This document shows positions 39,252 through 50,719 of a DNA stretch of 64,000 nt, piece by piece. The translations under genes and the position numbers were made by a program. This DNA is from Saprolegnia diclina VS20 (Eukaryota), in NCBI RefSeq assembly GCF_000281045.1, contig NW_008246081.1, forward strand, positions 610,204 to 674,203, written 5' to 3'. A model generated the notes under the pieces. It had not been told where the DNA came from, searched no databases, and saw only the letters and a program-made list of their open reading frames with translations. Every line of letters begins with the position of its first letter. Positions within the stretch are counted from its first letter, which is position 1.

Positions 39252-40548
39252 ATGCCCATGCTGCGCATGATCCCAGGCCCGACGTCCATGTCCCTCGCCG
39301 TGCGCCAAGCGTATGCGGAAGAGGTTGGCTCGCCCGACGTCGAAGTCGATGAGTTCTTCGCCGACTACTTTGCGCTCGAGGCGCGCTTCAAGGAGCTCCT
39401 CGGCTTCTCTGGTTCGATCGTACTCGGGTCGGGCGAAGGCATGGCGTGCCTCTGGGGCGCGCTCAACAGCGTGCTTTTGCCTGGCGACACGGTGCTCTGC
39501 GTCGTCAACGGTATCTTTGGCGAGGTAGTCTTTTTGCTGTGACCCGATGCACATCTCCACGATGATCCTTGCAGGGCTTTGCGGCCATGGCGCGTGACAT
39601 GCAGGCGACCGTCGTGACCGTCGAATGCGACTGGACCACGGGCATTGACACAGCCAAGGTCATTGCTGCGATTCAAGCGCACAACCCGCGCCTTGTGACG
39701 CTCGTGCACTGCGAGACGCCGTCGGGTGGGTCCATGAGATTGCGTCTCCGAGCTTATTGTTAGTATGCAGGGATCGTCAACCCGCTGCATGGCATTGGCC
39801 ACGCGATCCGCGAGCATACGACGGACGGTCTCTTCCTCGTCGACTTTGTGTCGAGTGCGTTTGGCGTCCCGCTCGCGGTCGACGACGAAGCGATCGATTT
39901 GGGCCTCTTTGCGCCGCAAAAGGTCCTCTCGGGCCCCGCCGCGCTCGCGTGCACGACCGTCTCGGACAAGGCCTGGACCCGCGTACGTAGTAGACGCAAA
40001 CGACATCAGGAGCTTCCTCTCGACGAGTAGATCCGCGCCAAAAAGTACCAGGGCTACGACGCGCTCTTGCCGTTCGACGGGCTCTCGCCGGCGGCGCCGC
40101 TGCTTCTGCCGTACACGCACAACTGGCCGGCCATCCGCGCCACGATCGCTGCCTGCAACGAGATCGAGACCGAAGGGCCGTCGGCGGTCATCGAACGCCA
40201 CGCGCGCGTCGCGCAGTTTTGCCGGGACGAGGCCACGCGCATGGGCCTCGAACTCTACTGCGCCGACGAGACGGTGCACTCATCGCATTGGCCACCACGT
40301 GCTTATCGCGCTCACTGTAGCATGCGTCGCCTACCGTGACGGCGCTCAAGGTCCCGACGCACCGTATTTCCTGGCCCGACTTGCAAAAGGCGCTCAAGGC
40401 CCAAGGCCTCATCTGCGGCGGCTCGTACGGCTCGCTCTACGGCAATGTGTTTCGCATTGGCCACATGGGCTCGCAGGCGCACGAGGCGCTCGTCCAGGAC
40501 GCCCTCGCGATCGTCGCGCGCGTGCTCACCGCCCACCCCGCCGCGTAG
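39252..40548 (+). CDS. PLP-dependent class-V aminotransferase (alanine-glyoxylate/serine-pyruvate type; multi-exon)
   Basis: 'MIPGPT', 'NGIFG', 'VHCETPSG', 'VDFVSSAFG', PLP-lysine motif 'PQKVLSGP', 'FRIGHMG'. Confidence 0.88.
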
Positions 40549-41031
40549 TCGCTTGTAGTCCTTGTAGCCTCCATACTCTATAGACTCGGTAACAGAGGCG
40601 GCCCGTCGAACCTGTGCTCTCTACCGACGCTTGCGCTGTCTTTGGCGTTGCGGCGATGGTGGCCATTACATACCCAACGTGCGCCTGTCTTGGGCGCCAG
40701 CGGCCGACGAAAGCACTTGGCCGCGTCCAGCAAGGGTGCCATGGCTCACTGGGCCATGTAGCCTCGTCCTCGTTTGACCATGGCCGGCTGCATGGGGCTA
40801 GGATGTTGCTGGCGCCACCCGCGGTTGAGCGCCATCTTGGCGGGTATCTGCCATGTGGTGGCTCGGCTTCGCGCCACTGGGGTCCACGAAAGCCCGCCAA
40901 ACCGGCAACGGCGTCCATTGGGAAGGTACGTACATCGTACAGTACGTACATGCATACTGAAACCAAGAGCGAATGTACGGCTGGGACGATTTGAATGGGC
41001 GTACACCGCCAGGAAGTTGCTCATTTCCGAT

Positions 41032-43044
41032 ATGGAGCTCGAGGGACTGACGACGTGGCTGGACGATGCGTGGCATGGCCTCGAGGCCCATGGCTGGATG
41101 AAGACGGACTCGTTCTGCATGTCGCCGGAAGGCGCCGACGAGGGCGTCATCATCCCCAACACCACCATCTTCAACACGACCGACGACTGCGTCAAGCACG
41201 CGCTCCTCAACCTACCCTACTCGGAGGGCCTCGCCGCCATGGAAGATCCGATCTGGGACCACATGCAGTATCGCCTCAAGTGGCAGGTGCTCCAGCTGCA
41301 GTCTGGCGTCCGCTGGTTTGCGCAGCCTGGCCTCAAGCTCGGCGGCCTCCAGCCTGGCGTCAACCTCTACGAGAAGCGCATCCAGGCCATCATGGCGTTC
41401 CTCCAGGTCGTGCTGGGCCTCAAGCGCAAGCGCGTCGAAGTACTCGAAACGGAAATGACCAAGCGCGTCAAGAGCGCGACGCCGCCGGTCGTCGAGCCCA
41501 TTGCGCTTCCCGAGGGCCCGAATCCCTTTGTCATGGCGACACCGACCAAGACCGCCAAAAAGCGCGAGACGTCGCCCAACACAGCGCCCAAGCGGCGGTC
41601 CCCGAAGAAAGCAACCGTGGCCGACGGTGCCCAAACGCCGCCTCGCCGGTCGCCGCGCAGCTTGGAGGCCGAAGTCAAGACCGAAGAGGTCATGGACGTC
41701 GCGTCACACACGCCAATGAAGGCCACGTACGTCAAGAAGGCGCCGTCGCCCATATCGATTGCTGCTGTCGCGCCCACGAGCGTTGCCATGACACCAAAGA
41801 AGCGGTCGCCAACCAAGTCGACCGCCGTCACGATGGGCGCCGTGGCCGACGAGACATGCGACATTCTCTTGACGCCAAAGCGACGGGGTCAGCCCAGCAA
41901 GGCCGCGCAAAGCCCCGCGGTGGCCGTCGTCTCGGTCCCGCCGCCCGCCCCTGCCACCCCCAGCAAGATGGGCCTTCCGCCCCGCGCCACGAGCCCGATG
42001 CCGGTCGGGGCGTCGACTCCGACCAAGCGTGCCCGCGCGTCCAAGGCTTTGAGCCCCGCCGCCTCCATGACGTCGCCGGCCAAGAAGCAAAAGATGCCGG
42101 ACGCTGGTGACGTGCCCATGACGCCGCCCCGCACGTCGCCGACCAAGCACGCTCTCCCCAACAGCCCGATGCGGTCGTTCTCGACGCCCAAGAAGCAGAC
42201 GACGCCGCCGTCGGTCTCGATCTTCGGGTCGCCGGCCGAGACAAAACACTCGGACTCGGAGTGGCAGCCCATCTTTGACAAGAAGCCCCGAAGCGTGTCG
42301 TCCCCGTACACGACCTCGTTTGCCTCTAGTCGCAACTCGTCGATCAAGACGAGCACGCCGAGCCGCCGGCCGCCGCTGCCGCCGACGACAACCACCTCGG
42401 TGGACGAGGAAAGCCAGTCGCCCATGTCCATCTCGCACATCTTGTCGTCCGAGACGGCGCCGTCGACGAGCCATCTCGTGGCGCGGAACCTCAACCTCGC
42501 GAGCTTCCAGCACGAAAAGGTCGTCAAGCGCGAGGCCGATTTCGAGTCCGTGTCGAACGCGATGAACGACCTCCTCGACGGCGCGTACTCGCACTTGACG
42601 CACGAGAGCCCGACCGTCGGCCGCCGGAACGAGCTTGACACCAAGTTTGCTGCGACGCCGGATGTCGAAGCGCACAAGGCGGTGCCGCTGTGCACGCCGC
42701 CGTCCAAGGCGGTCAACCTCGTCTTTCGCCGGCGCGTGCTGACGACGTTTCTAAGCTCGGGCTGGCAGTCAGTGGCACCGCCGATCAACGGGAAAGGCAA
42801 CTACTTTTACATGCATAAGGCGTTCCATGGCAAGTCCATTGCGCGCGAAGACCTCGAGCAATATGCGATCGAACACGACGTGTTTGCGCCCCGTGCGCTC
42901 TCGAACCCGTCGGCGGTCTTCAACTGGGTCATGATCCACGGCAAGGTCCACGACAGCAACGCGTCGCCGGCCAAGACACCCACCGTGAGCCGCAAGCTCC
43001 TCTCGCCGTCGCCCACGCGCCGCATCTCGTTCAACAGCCAATAG
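41032..43044 (+). CDS. Hypothetical protein with a long disordered S/T-P-rich centre
   Basis: Intronless ORF of about 670 aa with host-like codon usage. Globular-looking N- and C-termini flank a Pro/Ser/Thr/Lys-rich linker. Confidence 0.75.
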   Translation: MELEGLTTWLDDAWHGLEAHGWMKTDSFCMSPEGADEGVIIPNTTIFNTTDDCVKHALLNLPYSEGLAAMEDPIWDHMQYRLKWQVLQLQSGVRWFAQPGLKLGGLQPGVNLYEKRIQAIMAFLQVVLGLKRKRVEVLETEMTKRVKSATPPVVEPIALPEGPNPFVMATPTKTAKKRETSPNTAPKRRSPKKATVADGAQTPPRRSPRSLEAEVKTEEVMDVASHTPMKATYVKKAPSPISIAAVAPTSVAMTPKKRSPTKSTAVTMGAVADETCDILLTPKRRGQPSKAAQSPAVAVVSVPPPAPATPSKMGLPPRATSPMPVGASTPTKRARASKALSPAASMTSPAKKQKMPDAGDVPMTPPRTSPTKHALPNSPMRSFSTPKKQTTPPSVSIFGSPAETKHSDSEWQPIFDKKPRSVSSPYTTSFASSRNSSIKTSTPSRRPPLPPTTTTSVDEESQSPMSISHILSSETAPSTSHLVARNLNLASFQHEKVVKREADFESVSNAMNDLLDGAYSHLTHESPTVGRRNELDTKFAATPDVEAHKAVPLCTPPSKAVNLVFRRRVLTTFLSSGWQSVAPPINGKGNYFYMHKAFHGKSIAREDLEQYAIEHDVFAPRALSNPSAVFNWVMIHGKVHDSNASPAKTPTVSRKLLSPSPTRRISFNSQ

Positions 43045-43216
43045 ACGCGCCGACACTTGACACATTGATAGTTGACCACGCTGTACAGATATTACTAGTC
43101 TTATGAATTTATTTGAATCGTCCATAATTTTGTCCAACGTAAGCAACTGGTACTGGTATCATAGCGGAATGCGAAGGAATGACTGTGACTTGCTCTCCGT
43201 AGCCGGCTCGTGAAGG

Positions 43217-44811
43217 CTACCACTCGGTGTCACTGTCCGAGTCGTCGTCGTCACTGTCACCGGCGATCGCTGCCCGACGCGCGAGGACGCGTGCAATGGC
43301 GCCAGTGAACTAGTCAGTGGCTGGTTTCTGTGGTCAATATAGGGCACAGGTACCTTTGGCGCGGTGTCTTCGACCCGCCGCTTGACAACGTGGCGTTCGA
43401 CCGGTCGCAGCTTCTGCTTCTACGCTCGCCCCGTGACGCGTCTTTCTACTTACTGAGCGAAGCCGTACCAACTGCAATTGACGAAGCAGATCGTCGCGGG
43501 CTGGAAGACCGACGGGGGCGAGCTCCTACCAAAACAAAACGCTGTATCAGCGCGTTCAACCATGGTCGTACCGCCTTGCGCAAGACGGCGCCTGCCTGGA
43601 TCTCGTGCAGAAGCGACACAGGCTTGTGTTTTTTTGGCGACACTCCAGCAACCACTCGTGGTGGCGGTGGTGGCGGTGGCACCAAGTCCATTGCTTCGCA
43701 GGATGCCGGTGGCATCGGGGGAGGGCTGGCCGGTGGGGGCGGAGGAGGCTTTGACGCTACCATAAGAAGCTCCTTCATGGCCGCTTGGAACAAAGGCGTC
43801 GTTGGTTTTTCGTTTGAGAGCGATGCAGCCGCGGTGTCCATGACCTCGATCTCGTTCGCTGGTGGCGGCGGTGGAGGAGGCGGCACATACGCCTCCATTG
43901 CTTCGTCGTGCAGCTGCTCTGGAAGCGCCGTATCGGTCGCTGTCGGCTCTTCGATGCATATGCTGGGCAGCTCGTGCGCCTTGCGGCTGCTGATGCGGAG
44001 CTCGGCGCCTTCGCCGTTGCCATACTTTTCCTTCCACGTCTGCACCGTGAGGAAGGTGTGCGTGAGGCCCACGGGCGTCTCTCGCGCGCGAATGGCACGG
44101 AGCTCTCGCTTGAGCTTGCGCTGGGCCGCTTTCTCAGCTTTGGCGGCGTCTTGGCGCGCCGTCTCCCGCGCCATCCACTCTTCGAGGAAGAAAGCCGGGT
44201 GGCTAAACTTCTTTTGGCACGCGCCGTCGCTTTTGCCAAAGACATCGAGCTACGCGCTTGGTCAAAGAGCGCTGGTGCAAGCCACGCACCGTCTCCAACG
44301 GGGGCGGCGTCTCGCACGCTGCGTACAGCGCTTGCATCGCGGCCGGCATAGTTCTAGAACCACCACTTTAGTCATATCGCTCGACAGCACAGGACGGTAC
44401 TTTTGGGAGAAGCGCACTGCGTCGTCCTTGAGAGCTTCGGTTTGGTTGTTGCTGGCGTCGGCCTCAATCTCGGCGTCGGGGTGCTGAAGAAGGCCATCAA
44501 CGCGGACGCCAAGTGCGCGCATGCGCTCGCTCGTCTTCTTGGCCTCTTCCGTGACTTCGGTAAAGACGTCGTTGGCGAAGGTGGCAAGGAGCCCTAGCAG
44601 TCGCCATGAGCTCTCGCTACAGAGCGCCTGTATACCGAGCTGCTTGAGAATGCCCGTGACGCTACAGCGGCATGAGACCGAGGCTGACGCGCCGAGCAGT
44701 GTACCTTGTAGCGTGCGCTTGGTGCAGCGCTTCAGACGCCGAGGCGTCGGACCGCGCCGTCGCTGACGCGCACGCGTGACGTGACGGAATCACACGCCCG
44801 ACGAGGGGCAT
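43217..44811 (-). CDS. SCAR/WAVE-family Arp2/3 activator (multi-exon)
   Basis: N-terminal 'MPLVGRVIPSRH'. SHD-like 'FANDVFTEV...RVDGL', 'ALYAACETPPPL', 'KFSHPAFFLEEW'. Then a basic region, polyproline tracts, WH2 'LLHEIQAGAVLRK', C region 'IARVLARRAAIAG' and acidic tail 'DSDDDDSDSDTEW*'. Confidence 0.85.
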
Positions 44812-45088
44812 GGTGCAAGATCGTTTGAGATCCACCCTTTCGCACTGGAGCGTTTCGAATCTCAGCATCATTCCCTAACCCTTCTTCAACGTATTAGTAT
44901 GACGTTTCATCGACTTAACACTATAATACACATTTCGGGCTCAACTAAATCTCATTCAACCGACAAGTTTGTCTCTTCTACTTGGTAGCTGAATGCATTA
45001 GTCGCTTAATTGTTGTCTCTACTCGTAGATCGCGCCACGCTATGTGTGTCAGGGCGCGTCGACAGTAGAAGAGCGCAAGAGGGAGCGA

Positions 45089-46773
45089 CTAGACCTTGAT
45101 GACCCGCTTTCCGAGAAGCTCAAACGAAGGCTTGGTCGCTACCGAGACGTCGAACGACAGCGTGAGCTGCGGAGGCATAAAGTCGTACGGCAGCACAAAC
45201 TCGGTCGCGCTCTTCGCCACGAGGTCGACGTCGATCGCGCCGTAGGTCAAATGCAACTGACCATTTCGGAGCGAGAGGACCACCGGCCCGTAATAGTCGG
45301 GCGAGACTTCAAACAAGTAGGTGCCCGGGAGAACGCTCGTGCTCGGCACAGTTCCCTTGGTTGGCGGCAACGGCTGCTTGTCAAAGTAGTGCGCATCGCA
45401 GGGTACGTCGGGCACACTTTTGGTGGCTGCCAACCCGGCTTCAAAGACCTTGTTGAGCGTCTCCTTGGGGATATCGAGGAAGAGACCGAGGACGTACGAG
45501 CGCATGAGCTCGAGGACGACCGCATCGTGCGCCTCTCCACCGATAGACGCCTTGTTGGCGAGCAGGACAAGCCCCAGACCGCGCGCTGGCACGTACGCGG
45601 TCGTGCTCGTGCACACCTTGGTCGCACCGTTCTTCATCGCGTAGCGCTCGCCAAAGAGGAGGTCTCCGAGAAAGTCGATGCCGTAGCCGACCATGATACC
45701 GTCGCCGTCAAGGCTGGCTTGGAGGCCGAAAATGGTCATGACCATCGCGGCATTCGGCAACTCGACGAGGTTGTGGCCCGAGAGGATGGTCCCGAGCGAC
45801 TGCGGCGACTTGAAGCTAGACCCGCCTTTGGCCAAAACACGCTGGAGGAAGATCGCCATGTCGTTGATCGACGACACGATCGAGCCCGCAGCGAGCATCG
45901 GGACGTTGGGGCTGACCTTGGCCAAGCTCGACGACTGCAGCGCGTACGGACCAATGACAGCACCGCTGCAGACAAAGTGCCCCTGCGTTAAGCGCGACGA
46001 GGGCGCGTCCATGGCGCTGCCGTACGTCGACATCATGCCCCACGGCTGCCAGATCTCGGTCGTCAAGTACTTGCTCCAGTGGCTGCCCGAGACAGCCTCG
46101 ATGACTTGGCCAAGCACGTTGAAGCCGACGTTCGAGTAGGCAAAGCCCGGTCGGACCTTGCGTGTCGTGTTCATGTACCGAAGGCGCTCGATGCTCTCAC
46201 GCTCCGACTGCATGGCGCCCATCATCTGTGGCTCGTCGCCTTCGTGGTTGCCAAACACCGAGTTGTGCGACGCGAGGTCAGCGATCGTCGTCACTTCTTC
46301 GGCGTACTTGTCTTGAAGCGTGAACCACGGAAGGTGCTGCTTGACCGTGTCGTGCCACTGCAGCTTGCCGTCATCAACGAGCTTGGCGAGCGCGACAGCG
46401 ACGTGCGTTTTACTGACCGACCCAATCTCAAAGAGTGTGTCACCGTCGACGAGGTCGGTGTCGACACCGACCTGCTTGGTGCCAAAGCCGCGGGCAATCA
46501 ATGTCTATTGCAGCAATATGGTTCGAAGAAAAATACGAGATGAAGCGAACGCACCTCGTTGCCTTGCACGACAGCGAGCGCGAGGCCGGGGTAGCTAAAG
46601 CGCTCGCGCTGGGCCTCAATAAACGCGATGGCGTCGGTCACTTTGGCTTCGTGGGACGAGCTCGGGCCCGCGACCATGGATGCGAGTTCGGGTCCAAACG
46701 GGATGCCGAGAAAAGTCGCGTACGCACTGATGAGCCGCTGCATACCGGCAACGCGTTCCGAGGGCAATTGCAC
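45089..46773 (-). CDS. Beta-lactamase/AmpC-family serine hydrolase (one intron near the 5' end)
   Basis: 'PGLALAVV', 'TLFEIGSVSKT' (SxxK), 'TIADLASHNS', 'FAYSNVGF' (YxN), 'KNG', and a C-terminal DUF3471-like 'GTY...YYGPVVLS'. The start could also be 46743. Confidence 0.88.
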
Positions 46774-47186
46774 AATGCCATCACAAGACGTTGGGCAAAG
46801 TGGGAATGTTGGTTCCGAGTGTTGGTCCTAGGCGCCTTTCTGGTAACGGTTCGTCGCACTTTGACGCCAGCTTTGCAGCGCTCGATGGCGCTTCCACCAG
46901 CTGCGTGAATGGACTTGGAGCTTGGGCAAGTACAATCTCCTTGTAGTCATAGGAGTGGGTCATGATGGTCGCTTGTAGCGAGCTCGCCTGGGCGATCCAG
47001 TCGCTCATCTCGCTTCGAGTTAATGTTGCGCGCGATCGCGCGATCGTAGTAGGCATGCCTTCAACAATTGCATAACCCGCAACAACCCAGGAACAAGAAA
47101 CACATCGCATTAAAACACGTCACTTTCAAAGCGAGCTCTACAAACTCTAGTTGTAACTTCCGGCCCATGGACACAGCACGTACACG

Positions 47187-48674
47187 CTACAATGAATCCC
47201 GGTTGCGGGCGCGGACTTGAATGCTGTCCTGGGAGAAGAGACCGATACCGAGCTCGAACGCTGGCTCGTTGAGCGGCGAAATAAGATCAAACGTAAAGCG
47301 CTGGTAGAGGCTTGCGACGACAACCTTGAGCTGGAGAAGCGCGACGGTTTGGCCGACGCAGCTGCGCGGACCAGCGTTGAAGACCGGGTACTCGAACGCA
47401 CTTGGTCGTGGAGCGTCATTTAGCCAACGCTCGGGCGAGAACGTCGTCGCCTGTGGCCACCGGGTTTCGTTGCGACCCATTGCGAATGGCGAAAATTCGA
47501 CATTGGTTCCCGCCGGGACAAACGTGCCGTCGGGCCATACATCGTCCGTGACAGCGCGCTTGAGCTCGTACGGCACAGGCGGGAAGAGGCGTAAGGTCTC
47601 ACGCACGACCGCATCGAGGTACGACATGCATCCGACGCCCACGTAGGAAATCTCACCGGCTTGCAGCTCGCTTACGAGCCGCGCTTCGACGATAGGGTGC
47701 TTGCTCACCGTGTAAATGACCCACGCGAGGCCGCTCCCGACCGTCTCCCGACCCGCAAGCATCATGGTCATCATCATGTCGCGGATAAAGGTGTCGGAAA
47801 TCATGTCGTTGCCGGCTTCCTGGCGCCGGAGGAGCTCCGAGAGAAGGTCGTCGCCCCTTGTGGCGCTGAGCCGCTTGGTGCGGATCGTGTCGCGGCAAAG
47901 CGCGTTGATGCGCCGCATGACACGCGCGAGGCGGTACTCGGACGGCATGAACCAGCCGAGCCAATGGTACCACGGCTGCGTGAAGCGCGAGACGCTGAGG
48001 TTGCTCGCTTCCCGAAAAAGGTCTCGAAACTCGGTGGCGTTCTCGGTCTCAAAGACGAGCCCAAACGCCATGGCATAAGTGAACTTGGTCGTCAGCGACA
48101 GCGCAGTGGCCTCGACGTCCAGGAGCGCACCGTCGCCTAGTGTTTCGATCTCCGACAGGAGCGCTGACGTGTGCTCGAGGAAGATGGTGTCCATAAGCGT
48201 CTTGATGGCGTTGGTCGAGAAGAGCGACGCGAGGATCTTGCGCTGGGCCTTCCAGCTCGACGAGGCGGATGGATTGACGTTGAAGATGCCGCTGCCCATG
48301 AGCTCGCCGAGCGCGCGCTGCATCATCGCTGGCTTGACGTAGTTCGTGTGGTTGGTCGCGAGGATATGTCGGACGTTGGCAGCGCTCGAGGTGCACACGG
48401 AGCCGTCCAGAAGCAGGTCCACGCGCATCGCATACGTGCTCCCAAGCGTCTCGAAAAGCTCCAGCTTCCAGTAGTAGTGGTCGTGGATGTGCTCGCCTTG
48501 TTGCACCAAGTTGCCCAGTAGTTTGTGGCCCGGAAGACTCGGTAGATGGGCGAGCCCTTTGGCAATCCGAGCTTTGCGGCGGTAGACTACCACGACCTTG
48601 GCGATGAGCAAGCAAGCAAGTCCGACGGCGACGGCCGCTGCAGTCTCTTGTGCGAATGTAAACCCGAACACCAT
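47187..48674 (-). CDS. Cytochrome P450 (CYP86-clan-like, fatty-acid hydroxylase type)
   Basis: N-terminal TM anchor, 'AGRET' I-helix, 'ETLRLFPPVP', 'FSPERW', heme motif 'FNAGPRSCVG'. Confidence 0.93.
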   Translation of the reverse strand: MVFGFTFAQETAAAVAVGLACLLIAKVVVVYRRKARIAKGLAHLPSLPGHKLLGNLVQQGEHIHDHYYWKLELFETLGSTYAMRVDLLLDGSVCTSSAANVRHILATNHTNYVKPAMMQRALGELMGSGIFNVNPSASSSWKAQRKILASLFSTNAIKTLMDTIFLEHTSALLSEIETLGDGALLDVEATALSLTTKFTYAMAFGLVFETENATEFRDLFREASNLSVSRFTQPWYHWLGWFMPSEYRLARVMRRINALCRDTIRTKRLSATRGDDLLSELLRRQEAGNDMISDTFIRDMMMTMMLAGRETVGSGLAWVIYTVSKHPIVEARLVSELQAGEISYVGVGCMSYLDAVVRETLRLFPPVPYELKRAVTDDVWPDGTFVPAGTNVEFSPFAMGRNETRWPQATTFSPERWLNDAPRPSAFEYPVFNAGPRSCVGQTVALLQLKVVVASLYQRFTFDLISPLNEPAFELGIGLFSQDSIQVRARNRDSL

Positions 48675-49191
48675 GAGCGAGCAAAAGGAAAAGTGAGTGG
48701 CAAAGCTCGCACGTCGCTCGGACGCCGTATCACAAGGACAAAAGCAGAATGGTACACCATCACAATGCAATTCCAGATTCTGAAATTCTGCAATTGAGCG
48801 TACACAGCTCACTCCCCACGACCACGAGCTGATGCTAAATCCCGCGCCTTGAGCCAAAGCGCTAAATACTAATATGCAAAATCTTGGAGTTCGTCCACGC
48901 CAGTTTCATGCCAACACAAAACACATTTTCGACGAAATGATTGATTAAATGGTTGTTTGATTGATTAGAGCACCAGGACGCTGCTTCCGGTGACGCTGTA
49001 CAAAAGTAAGAGAAGCTTGAGCGTCGGGAGGAAGCAAGTCCGGTGTAAGGATGTGATGATACCCGTTGAGAGATAAAAAACCCAAGCACACGACGCGGCC
49101 GTACTGGGCTGTCAACGCGGCTTCGACGTTGCGCGGGTACCGAGCCGGCGGCCGTGCAATGACTTGATTCGGGCGCCCTGCGCCACCTCGG

Positions 49192-49484
49192 GGGTGCGGA
49201 TTAAAAATGAGCGGAGCCCGGTAGAAAAATGAGCGAGGCCCAAAATGAGCGAAAATGGCGGAAAAATGAGCGAAATTGCCCACAATTACCACCCTTCCCC
49301 TTTCCCTGGCAGAGCCTTTGGCGGGCCAAGAGTGCCGGCTCGGGTTAAATTGGACAACGGATTTGCACTTCGTGCAAACCCGCAGCCGATTTAACCCTTT
49401 ATACACGTCGCGTCCGCTCATTTTTCTGCCGTTTCCAGCCTCGCTCATTTTTCTACCGGGCTCCGCTCATTTTTAATCTTTTTT
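49192..49484. mobile_element. MITE-like/fold-back element with 41-bp perfect inverted repeat and 11-bp flanking direct repeat
   Basis: 49199-49239 is the exact reverse complement of 49438-49478. CGCCACCTCGG occurs at 49181-49191 and 49485-49495. Contains internal AAAATGAGCG sub-repeats. Confidence 0.65.
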
Positions 49485-50719
49485 CGCCACCTCGGCGGCC
49501 GGCAGCCGAGCTCTCAAGAAACGCTGTGGCGTTGTTGATAGCTTCTTGAAGCGACGTCGTGGTGCGCAAAGCTTTGTCGTCGGGACGGGCCGGATGCGGC
49601 GCGCGGACGCTACGCTCGGCGAGACGAAGCGAGGTTGGCAGAGACTTCAAAGTCTTCTTGGGCGGCCGGAAGTGTCATGCCATCGACGTCGGGATGTGGC
49701 GCGCGCAAGGAGCGCCCGCGTCAAAGCAATGATCGAAGAAATGGCCGAGGCAATGGCCGAGGCGAGGATAAATTTGGACTGAGCTGCGTTGAGAAGACAC
49801 TGCGACTCGCAGCTGCGAGCAATGCGTAGCCGCGACCCATCTGTGCAGATGCGTTGGCCGGCACCAACGAAGCACCCACATTTATCAAAAGGCTGATCGC
49901 CAAAGCGCCTCGGATTCGTGCGCTTGGGTACACAAAACTTTCCATGGAGCCGAATTTAGCGCCCCGCAGGTGTGTAAGATCATTGTACAAGCAGAAATAT
50001 TGAAGCCCACGACGCAGGACGAGTCGCGGTGCACGGGACATTGTGTCACTGTCGACCTCTCTTCGCGCCGTCCGAACGCAGTTCAGTGATGGAGCAAGTC
50101 AAACGGGGTGGTTCCATATCTCTATCTCAAAGCAAGGCACGCACGTGCTGTGGTATCTTTTTCATCCGCAGTTTGAGCGCTCAAGACAGCCCAAGAAGGC
50201 ATCTACCAAAAGGCAGCGAACCGTTGTTAATAGCAATGCATCCGAAGTACCATGAGATCTTACACGGCACCACGCTCGGCTAAATGAATATATACGTCGA
50301 CGTGTCGCCTCAGAGCTAGAATGAGCCTCCAGAATCTGGTGGCTCGGACCAGATATTATCTGGAGACTGATTCCGCATGTTTTGGCGACGCCAACTCGTA
50401 CACGGTACCATGTTATGTCGATCGCGACGAGTTTGCTGATGTCAACACGGAACTGTCTGCAACAAGCTTTCACCATCTTGTAGCTACGATAATGCATCAG
50501 CCCTGCGTCAAGCCTTCCACACCTCAATACGTTTAGTGCAATGTTAGCACACGTACGCAGCTTCGGGACTGGGACATGTTGAAGTTGACGCAAGATACCC
50601 AACGCGTCTCTGGGATTTGTCAAAATCACAAGCAAAAGCGCCATTCAAACGTGTGTGTGTATCACCTGGCGCCGCCACGTCATCCGGATAGTACGATGCA
50701 CATCATCCCGATAGCTCGA

